DNA of 64,000 nucleotides from assembly GCA_026936335.1 (NCBI GenBank), contig JAPMXV010000034.1, forward strand, positions 675,906 to 739,905, written 5' to 3'. Made by a program: the position numbers and the translations under genes. The notes beneath the pieces are model-generated. The model did not search any database, was not told the DNA's origin, and saw nothing but the letters and a program-made list of their open reading frames with translations. This DNA comes from Mantamonas sphyraenae STR306. Lineage: Eukaryota; Protista; CRuMs. Shown one piece after another: positions 55,501 through 64,000 of this stretch (position 1 is its first letter; every line of letters starts with the position of its first letter).

Positions 55501-55630
55501 TATGATGGGCAGTGACGTGCATCAACGTGGTTCGCACTCGTGGAGTGCCTCTACGAAGGGTTCGTCCTAGCAAGGTGCCTCCTCGCTTGGACACCCTGCG
55601 TGCGAACATTTGGCTGCGATGGGGCAGCAT
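52562..55630 (-). CDS. Crinkler/RHS-like protein: Arg-rich N-terminus, coiled coil, P-loop NTPase, C-terminal PD-(D/E)xK-type nuclease (intron 54561-54729; 1-nt frameshift at ~52756)
   Basis: Walker A AGMPGSGKT, Walker B LLYVGFDEVQ, nuclease-like NADKAPFAD..IQCK. The GTGAGT..CTGAC..CAG intron joins the two ORFs in frame. The C-terminal VFVVHGDNHRGYYG lies in a shifted frame. Confidence 0.75.
54890..55270 (-). repeat. 186-bp internal duplication plus 21-nt heptad repeats in the coiled-coil region
   Basis: SLSAELGQARxQLRxSxQGEKEAxQNLVDEKEK occurs twice; EVAKAE/EVAEAK repeats. Confidence 0.85.
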
Positions 55631-56132
55631 GCATCGCACATCCACATAATTCAACCGTGCGTGACGTGTGGGAGACCATGGCTTCTGCGTAATGCATTGC
55701 TTGTCCCATGCACGAGGATCGAATTTGTGCGCCCTGTGGAACAACAAGGCACACACAGTCCAGAATGGGGGCATTCGTCAGGTGATGAGCGTGATTGGGA
55801 CGTGAGGGTATCATTTGCAAGGTGGCAGTGCATGGACAAATGCGCCGGATGACCACGACGAGGACGAGGAGTGCAGGATGGACACACACACCAACATCAA
55901 CGTCGCGACGGTGATGAGCAACAGCGGAAACAACACCAACACCAGCAGCACCACCAACGTGACGGCGATGTCGATGCTGAGCAGGGCACAATCCAAGATG
56001 AACACCTCAGTGTCTGTGGGGTCGGAAAAGGGCTTCGGAGCGGCGGAGCGAGGCCCTGTGCCAAGAAGGGGAACGAAATGTGATGTGTGAAGGGCAGCAA
56101 ATGATGGAGTGGATTGGAAGGAAGGAGGGGAT

Positions 56133-59100
56133 TCATTCGAGGCGCTGGCGTTTGGAGGAGGAGGAGGAGGAGGAGGAGGAGGAGGAGGAGGAAGGGTCTT
56201 TGCGCTTGGGGAGGGTGAAGGAGGGGATGGGGTAGGCGTTGACGAGTGCGGTGGTGGTGGGGCGTGTGGTGATGTGGGGTGTGATGCGGTCGATGAGGGT
56301 GTGGAGGAGGGTGTGCAGTGTTGCGTCGCTGGGTTGGGGGTTGTCGAGCCAGGCGATCTTGAGGGAAAGGGAGGTAACGCCGCGGTTAAGGGTGTTGCTG
56401 ATCGCAGGTTGTACCTGCTGGAAAGTGAGTTGTGGTCTGAGGAGGCGCACAAAGAAGGCCAGGTCGACAGGCGGCACGCCAACGTTGCCCAGCGCCAGGA
56501 TGATGTGTCGCAGCAGGGACTTCAGGCTGCCGTTGTTGATCAGTTCACACAGTGCAGGGTGCTCGTGTGCGTGCTGATGGCGAGGATGCTTGGCTGCGCG
56601 TGCCTTCATGTGTGCCAGCAGCGTCTGTAACTCTCGCGCCGTGCAGCTGCCACGCTCGTCGTGGTTGGCTTTGCTCCAGCCACTGCGCACAGACACAGGA
56701 TGCCACTTGTCCACCTTGGCGGTGGTGAGGTGGTGGTCGTATTCGCATTGTGTCCAGTGTGGGTCGCTGTCGTTGTCGGCAGGGCGTCGTGATTCCTGCA
56801 GCCTCAGCTGGGTCTGCTTGTGCTTCTTCCAGGTGGTGGGATGGGGCCTGTCGCCGAGAGTGTCCATCTCTGTGATGAGCAGGTGGAGAAGGGCGTAGTT
56901 GGGGTCGCCGTGGTCGTGTGATTCCTCCAGCCAGCACACCTTCAACTCAGCCTTTGTCACACCCACGGCCAGACCAGCGTGGAGGATGGCAGCACAGCAT
57001 GTATGTTGATCCACATTGCGGCCGAGAAGGGTGAGGCAGAAGGCCATGTCGCCCTGGGAGAGGGGGATGTTGCCCAGAGCAAGCTGAATCTGTCGGACCA
57101 GCGTCAGCAGGGTGCCATGGCAGACCACAACACGCGCCTGCAGGGTCATCAGGTCGGGGATGTCGTCGAGGGGATGCTCATTGGCCAGGGTGTGCATGTG
57201 GTTCAGCAGTGCCGTGTGCTCCTTCTTGTTCCTGTGGCTGCGCTCGCTCTTGCGCCACTGCGTCCAACCACTGCGCACAACGCCATCTGGCAGCCCATCC
57301 TCCATGACCACCAACTCCTCCTCTGTTGGCTCGGGGAGAACAAGCTCGGTGATGCGTAGGGTGTTGACTGCGTCGACGGTGGTGGGGCGAGTGGTGATGT
57401 GGGGTGTGATGCGGTCGATGAGGGTGTGGAGGAGGGTGTGCAGTGTGGCGTCGCTGGGTTTGGGTTTGTCGAGCCAGGCGATCTTGAGCGAGAGGGAGGT
57501 GACGCCGCGGGTGACGGTGTGGCTGATAGTACTGTTAACTAGTTGGTAGGTGATGCGTGGCCTGAGGAGACGGACAAAGAAGAACAGGTCGACAGGGGGC
57601 ACGCCAACGTTGCCCAGCGCCAGGATGATGTGTCGCACCAGGGACAGCAGGCTGCCGTTGTCGATCAGCTCACGCAGTGCATGGTGCTCGTGTGTGTGCT
57701 GATGGCGAGGGTACTTGGCAGCGCGTGCCTTCATGTGTGCCAGCAGCGTCTGGAACTCCCGCGCCGTGCAGCTGCCACGCTCGTCTGCGGATGTGCACCA
57801 GCCACTGCGCACAGACTCGGGATGCCACTTGTCCACCTTGGTGGTGGTGAGGTGGTGGTCGTAGTCGCATTGCGTCCAGTGTGGGTCGCTGTTGTTGTCA
57901 GCAGGGCGTCGTGATTCCTGCAGCCTCAGCTGGGTCTGCTTGTGCTCCTTCCAGCTGGTGGGATGGGGCCTGTCACCGAGGGTGTCCATCTCTGTCATTA
58001 GCAGGTGGAGGAGGGCGTAGTTGGGATTGCCGTGGTCGTGTGGCTCCTCCAGCCAGCACACCTTCAAACCAGCCTCTGTCACACCCTTGGTCAAACCAGC
58101 GTCACGGATGGCATTTCTGCACGCCTGTTGAGCAATATCACGACCGAGAAGGGCAAAGCAGAGGGCCATGTCGCCCTGGGAGAGGGGCATGTTGCCCAGA
58201 GCGAGCTGAATCTGTCGGACCAGCGTGTTCGTGGTGCCATGGCATACCACAACACGCGCCTGCAGGGTCATGAGGTCGGAGATGTCGTCAATGGGATGCT
58301 CATTGGCCAGGGTGTGCATGTGGTTCAGCAGGGCCGTGTGTTCCTTCTTGTTGCTGTGGCTGCGCTCGTCACTGGGTCCCTTTGTCCACCCCTTGCGCAC
58401 AACACCATCCGGCAACTTGTTCCTCTTGTCCACGCCTGCGTTCATCCGTGCGCCGTTGTCTCCGTTCTTGGCCCTCCTTGCCTGTGTGCTCGACGTTCCT
58501 GTCTCTGTGCCACTGCCAACCGTGACCCTGCGCCTGCGCTGTCCGCTGCCTTTGGTTAGTTGCGGATCAGTACGAGACTGGCCTCTGCGTCGTTGTGCGC
58601 GGCCTCTAATTGTGCGTCTTGGCTGCCACTCGTCCGTGTCCTCCTGCTCCATGTCGTCTGCGTCGTCGTCGCTGTCGTCTTGCGGCATGTACTCCTCATC
58701 CATGGCATCACCAGTGTCTGCCAAGCTGAATGAACCCCCAGTTTCCAACTCGTCGTCCACGTGATGCTGGGTTGCGTCGTCTGCCTCGCCGTCTTCTTCG
58801 TACGCCTCCATCCCTGAGCTGGTCATCCACTCTGAGTTGCTGGTGATTGACCGTGGTTCACGGTGGCCAAAGTTCAGGAACATCAGGTCCTCCACGTCGC
58901 CGGTGTCATGTGTGTGTGTGTCCTGGTCTGCGTCGTCGTCGTCGCTGACTCCAGTCTGCCGTGTGGCCTGGTGGGAGGAGGACGACGATGTGGTGGTCGA
59001 TGTGGTCCGCGTGATGCCGACAAAAGCAGGGCTGATGCGTTTGGGGACGCGGTTGTGGTTTGTGGTGGGTTGAGCAGGCGGAGGGTGAAACGGAGTCTGA

Positions 59101-59707
59101 GCAAAGTGCACCTGGACGGTTTGTCGCGGCTGAGGAGGCGGCGGAGGAGGGTAGGCGTAGTATGGGTGGCCCTGATGAGGATATGCGTGGTGCTGCTGCG
59201 GGTAGGTGTTGACAGGGACCCAGATGATGGGTGGTTGTGGGTGCTGGTACGGGTTTTGTACGCCAGAGGCGGGCAGCATGTTCGGGAACGGCTGGGCAGC
59301 CATGGGAGGGACCATGTACGCGTAGCTGTGGGGAAGACGGGAGGGGCAGGGCGGGGAGGGAACGGTGAGCGAAGGCGGAAGGGGCGCCGTTAGAGCAGAA
59401 GCGGGGGTGAAGGGAGGCTGGAACGAGCAGAGAGGGAAAACCGGAGGAGATTGGCAGACGGGGAAACTGGCAACGGGGAGGGCAGTGACAGGGGAGAGGG
59501 GATCGAAGAAGAGCGGACAAGGCAGCGACGGTGGTGATGGGGAAGTGGAGATACACGGGAGGAGTGCAGGGAAGCGACGGAGGCATGGAGGAGGCAAGGA
59601 AGCGGGAGAAGCGGGCAGTCAGAAAACGGAGTGGAAGGCAGAACGCACGCTGGGTAGGTGTTGGGTGTGTGTTGTTGCTTCGGAGTGTTTGAGTAGTCTT
59701 TGTCCAT
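56133..59707 (-). CDS. Gene X copy 1: P/Q/H-rich and acidic N-terminus, four repeat domains (ABAB), C-terminal NLS-like tail (intron 59326-59648)
   Basis: Uninterrupted >1000-aa ORF. The upstream exon MDKDYSNTPKQQHTPNTYPA splices in frame via GTGCGT..CCCCACAG. Ends PKRK(S)nKRQRLE. Confidence 0.85.
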
Positions 59708-60008
59708 GATGATGGTGGTGGTACTGGAGTGTATGTGGGTTGTGTTGGACTGGTGGAGGGTGTTGTGGGTGTTGGTGATACTTTGGTTGAAGGCGGATGG
59801 GTGGGCTGCACAGGTGGATGAGGCGATGGAGGCGGCGTTGGTGATGAATGGGGAAAGGAGGGAGGGGATGTTTGGGTGTGGTGGGATGAAGGAGTATGTG
59901 GAGGGAGAGAGGTTGGGGAGGGTGGGTGACACTGCCAGATGAGGTGATAGAGAGGGTGATTGGGTGCGGAGGAGAGGGTGAGTGGTAACGGTGTGGGAAT
60001 GAAATGGT

Positions 60009-63000
60009 TCATTCAAGGCGCTGGCGTTTGGAGGAGGAGGAGGAGGAGGAGGAGGAAGGTTCTTTGCGCTTGGGCAGGGTGAAGGAGGGGATGGGGTAGG
60101 TGTTGACGAGTGCGGCAGTGGTGGGGCGGGTGGTGATGTGGGGTGTGATGCGGTCGATGAGGGTGTGGAGGAGGGTGTGCAGTGTGGCGTCGCTGAGTTT
60201 GGGGTTGTCGAGCCAGGCGATCTTGAGCGAGAGGGAGGTGACGCCACGGGTGAGGGTGTTGCTGATGGCACTTTGCACCTGCAGGCTGGTGAGTCGTGGC
60301 CTGAGGAGGCGGACAAAGAAGGCCAGGTCGACAGGCGGCACGCCAACGTTGCCCAGCGCCAGGATGATGTGTCGCAGCAGGGAGTTCAGGCTGCCGTTGT
60401 TGATCAGCTCACGCAGTGCCTGGTGCTCGTGTGTGTGTTGATGGCGAGGGTGCTTGGCTGCGCGTGCCTTCATGTGTGCCAGCAGCGTCTGAAACTCCCG
60501 CGCCGTGCAGCTGCCACGCTCGTTGCTGGGAGAGGCACTGCTCCAGCCACTGCGCACAGAGTCAGGATGCCACTTGTCCACCTCGGTGGTGGTGAGGTGG
60601 TGGTCGTATTCGCATTGTGTCCAGTGTGGGTCGCTGTTGTTGTCAGCAGGGCGTCGTGCTTTCTGCAGCCACAGCTGGGTCTGCTCGTGCTCCTTCCAGG
60701 TGCTGGGATGGGGTCTGTCACCGAGGGTGTCCATCTCTGTCATGAGCAGGTGGAGGAGGGCGTAGTTGGGGTCGCCGTGGTCGTGCGGCTCGTCCAGCCA
60801 GCCCACCTTCAACTCAGACTTTGTCACACCCATGACCAGACCAGCGTCGTGGACGGCTTTGCTGCACGCATTTTGATCCACGTCATGGCCGAGCAGGATG
60901 AGGCAGAAGGCCATGTCGCCCTGGGAGAGGGGAATGTTGCCCAGAGCGAGCTGAATCTGTCGGACCAGCGTCAACAGGGTGCCATGGCAGACCACAACAC
61001 GCGCCTGCAGGGTCATCAGGTCGGGGATGTCGTCGATGGGATACTCGTTGGCCAGAGTGTGCATGCGATTCAGCAGTGCCGTGTGCTCCTTCTTGTTGCT
61101 GTGACTGCGCTCGTTCTTGCGCCAAAACCTCCAGCCACTGCGCACAACGCCATCTGGCAGTCCATCCTCCACGGCCATCTTCTCCTCCTTGGTGGGCTCG
61201 GGAAAAACAAGCTCGGGGATGTCGAGGGCGTTGACGAGTGCGGTGGTGGTTGGGCGGGTGGTGATGTGGGGTGTGATGCGGTCGATGAGGGTGTGGAGGA
61301 GGGTGTGCAGTGTGGCGTCGTTGGGTTTGGGGTTGTCGAGCAAGGCGATCTTGAGGGAGAGGGAGGTGACGCCGCGGGTGAGGGTATTGGTGATGGCAAG
61401 TTGAACCTGCTTGTAGGTGAGGTGTGGCCTGAGGAGGCGGACAAAGAAGGCCAGGTCGACAGGCGGCACGCCAACGTTGCCCAGCGCCAGGATGATGTGT
61501 CGCAGCAGGGACCTCATGTCACCGTTGTTGATCAGTTCACGCAGTGCATGGTTCTCGTGTGTGTGCTGATGGCGAGGGTGCTTGGCTGCGCGTGCCTTCA
61601 TGTGTGCCAGCAGCGTCTGGAACTCCCGCCCCGTGCAGCTACCACGCTCGTCGTTGGGATTGTGCGATGCCCAGCCACTGCGCACAGACACGGGATGCCA
61701 CTTGTCCACATTGGTGGTGGTGAGGTGGTGGTCGTAGTCGCATTGTGTCCAGTGTGGGTCGCTGTCGTTGTCAGCAGGGCGTCGTGATTCCTGCAGCCAC
61801 AGCTGGGTCTTCTTGTGCCCTTCCCAGGTGGTGGGATGGGCTGTGTCGCCAAGGGTGTCCATCTCTGTCATGAGTAGGTGGAGAAGGGCGTAGTTGGGGT
61901 CGCCGTGGTCGTGTGGCTCCTCCAGCCAGCACACCTTCAACCCAGCCTTTGTCACACCCATGGTCAAACCAGCGTTGATGATGGCAGCACAGCATGTATG
62001 TTGATCCACATTGCGGCCGAGAAGGGTGAGGCAGAAGGCCATGTGCCCCTGGGAGAGGGGAATGTTGCCCAGAGCGAGCTGAATCTGTCGGATCAGCGTG
62101 TTCATGGTACCATGACAGACCACAGCACGCGCCTGCAGGGTCATGAGGTCGGTGATGTTGTCGAGGGGATGCTCGCTGGCCAGGGTGTGCATGTGGTTCA
62201 GCAGAGCCGTGTGCTCCTTCATATTGCTGTGGCTGCGCTCGTCACTGTACCCCCATGTCCACCATTTCCGCACAACACCATCCGGCAACTTGTTCGTCTT
62301 GTTCACGCCTGCTTTCTTCCGTGCGCCGTTGTCTCCATTTTTGGCACTCCTTGCCCGTGTGCTCGACGTTCCTGTCTCTGTGCCACTGCCAGCCGTGACC
62401 CTGAGCCTGCGCTGTCCGCTTCCGTTCATCTTCTGTGGAACAGCACGGCGGCTGGTATGGCTTCTGCGTTGTTGTGTGCGGCTTCCACTTGTGTGTCTCG
62501 GCTGCCATTCGTCCGCGTCTTCCTGCTCTATGTCGTCTGCGTCGTCGTCGCCGTCGTCTTGCGGCATGTGCTCCTCATCCATGGCACCGCCAGTGTCTGC
62601 AACGCTTAGTGGGCCCTGAGTTTCCAACTCGTCCTCCATGTGCTGCTGGGTTGCGTCGTTTGCCTCGCCGTCTTCTTCGTACGCCTCCATCCCTGAGCTG
62701 GTCATCCACTCTGGGTTGCTGGAGATTGACGGTGGTTCAATGTGGCCAAAGTTCAGAAACATCAGGTCCTCCACGTCGCCGGTGTCATGTGTGTGTGTGT
62801 CCTGGTCTGCGTCGTCGTCGTTGCTGTCTCCAGTCTGCAGTGTGGCCTGGTGGGAAGAGGACGACGACGTGGTGGTGGATGTGGTCCGTGTGATGCCAAC
62901 AAAGGCAGGGCTGATGCGTTTGGGGACGCGGTTGTGGTTTGTGGTGGGTTGAGCAGGCGGGGGGTGCAACGGAGTCTGGGCGAAGTGCATCTGGGCGGTT

Positions 63001-63586
63001 TGTCGCGGCTGAGGAGGCGGCGGAGGAGTGTAGGCGTAGTATGGATGGCCCTGATGAGGATATGCGTGGTGCTGCTGGGGATGGGTGTTGACAGGGACCC
63101 AGATGATGGGAGGTTGTGGGTGCTGGTACGGGTTTTGTACGCCAGAGACGGGCAGCATGTTCGGAAACGGCTGGGCAGCCATGGGAGGGACCATGTACGC
63201 GTAGCTGTGGGGGAGACGCGGAGGGGCAGGGAGGGTGGGAACGGTGAGCGGAAGGTGGAATGGATGCCGTCAGGGCAGAAGCGGGATGAAGGGAGGCTGG
63301 AACGAGCAGAGAGGGGAAAACGGAGGCGATTGGCTGAAGGGGAAACTGGCAACGGGAAGGGCAGTGACAGGGGAGAGGGGATCGGAGAAGAGCGGAGAAG
63401 GCAGCCACGGTGGTGATGGGGAAGGGGAGATGCAGGGGAGGAGTGCAGGAAAGCGACCGAGGCATGTAGGAGGCAAGGAAGCTGGAGAAGCGGGCAGTCA
63501 GAAAACGGAGTGGAAGGCAGAACGCACGCTGGGTAGGTGTTGGGAGTGTGTTGTTGCTTCGGAGTGCTTGAGTAGTCCTTGTCCAT
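60009..63586 (-). CDS. Gene X copy 2 (intron 63205-63527)
   Basis: Same exon structure, 323-nt intron and domain order as copy 1; intact ORF. Confidence 0.85.
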
Positions 63587-63865
63587 GATGGTGGTGATGG
63601 TGCTGGAATGTATGTGGATTGTGTTGGACAGCTGGAGGGTGTTGTGGGTGTTGGTGATACTTTGGTTGAAGGAGGATGGGCAGTGCTGACTGCGCGGCGT
63701 TGCAGGACGACGGCCACTCACCAGCGACATTTCCACTCCCACCCATTGCCCACCGCACCATCTCACCGCCCAACTCAGCCACCCCGCCACCAGACACAAG
63801 CACAACTCACGTGACATAAACCGGACCCATCTAGACACCACCATTTTTCAAACATAACATAAGAC

Positions 63866-64000
63866 TAGGGTTAGGGTTAGGGTTAGGGTTAGGGTTAGGG
63901 TTAGGGTTAGGGTTAGGGTTAGGGTTAGGGTTAGGGTTAGGGTTAGGGTTAGGGTTAGGGTTAGGGTTAGGGTTAGGGTTAGGGTTAGGGTTAGGGTTAG
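63866..64000 (+). repeat. Telomeric repeat array (TTAGGG)n
   Basis: TAGGG, then 21 perfect TTAGGG units and a partial unit to the window end; G-rich strand runs 5'->3' toward the end. Confidence 0.99.

Larger units (their letters stand above)
56130..63680. repeat. Head-to-tail subtelomeric duplication, period ~3.88 kb
   Basis: 56133-~59800 aligns with 60009-~63680, including the intron and ~95 bp upstream of the ATG. Confidence 0.92.

Noticed and set aside
55811-56130. Hydrophobic minus-strand ORF segment (VTLVVLLVLVLFPLLLITV) between X1 and the nuclease gene
   Set aside because: It is the tail of an alternative frame of X running over low-complexity CAA/CAC/CAG sequence, with no convincing start or homology; a small gene cannot be excluded.
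56133-63680. Telomeric retrotransposon array (HeT-A/TART-like head-to-tail orientation)
   Set aside because: No reverse transcriptase, gag zinc knuckle, poly(A) tail or terminal repeats seen, and each copy retains a spliceosomal intron.
1-64000. tRNA, rRNA or other structured RNA genes; DNA transposons
   Set aside because: None recognised by eye; tRNAscan/Infernal and a repeat-library search would be needed to exclude them.

Overview
Right-hand chromosome end of a very gene-dense, GC-rich microbial eukaryote. Evidence: GT-AG spliceosomal introns of about 60-390 nt with CTGAC/CTAAC-type branch sites, intergenic spacers mostly under 100 bp, and a terminal (TTAGGG)n array at 63866-64000. The species cannot be identified from the sequence. 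Positions 1-52 kb carry about 35 mostly housekeeping or signalling genes: Sir2/SIRT1, CSE1, RhoGAP-SH3, mS25-like, MTBP-like, HAUS2, QTMAN/GTDC1, RAD1, ATOX1, CutC, peptide deformylase, an SLC45/SUC transporter, ALG3, AMPK-gamma and C2-RasGAP. Several have unusual architectures: a coronin-ankyrin-EDR1-kinase fusion, a triple-SARAF membrane protein, a secreted intron-containing SH3b-PA14-LysM-GH24 lysozyme, and a RasGAP with 13 copies of an ELxAxLKRR motif. The last 12 kb is a subtelomeric accessory zone. It holds a Crinkler/RHS-like coiled-coil + P-loop NTPase + PD-(D/E)xK nuclease gene with a possible mitochondrial presequence. That gene lies between a fragment and two tandem full copies of an unrecognised gene ('X'). 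X is built of four repeats (ABAB) of a winged-helix-like domain whose differences cluster in three hypervariable patches, and it is the best candidate for an undescribed system. All family assignments come from motifs recognised by eye; no searches were run. Several single-base frameshifts probably reflect assembly errors.
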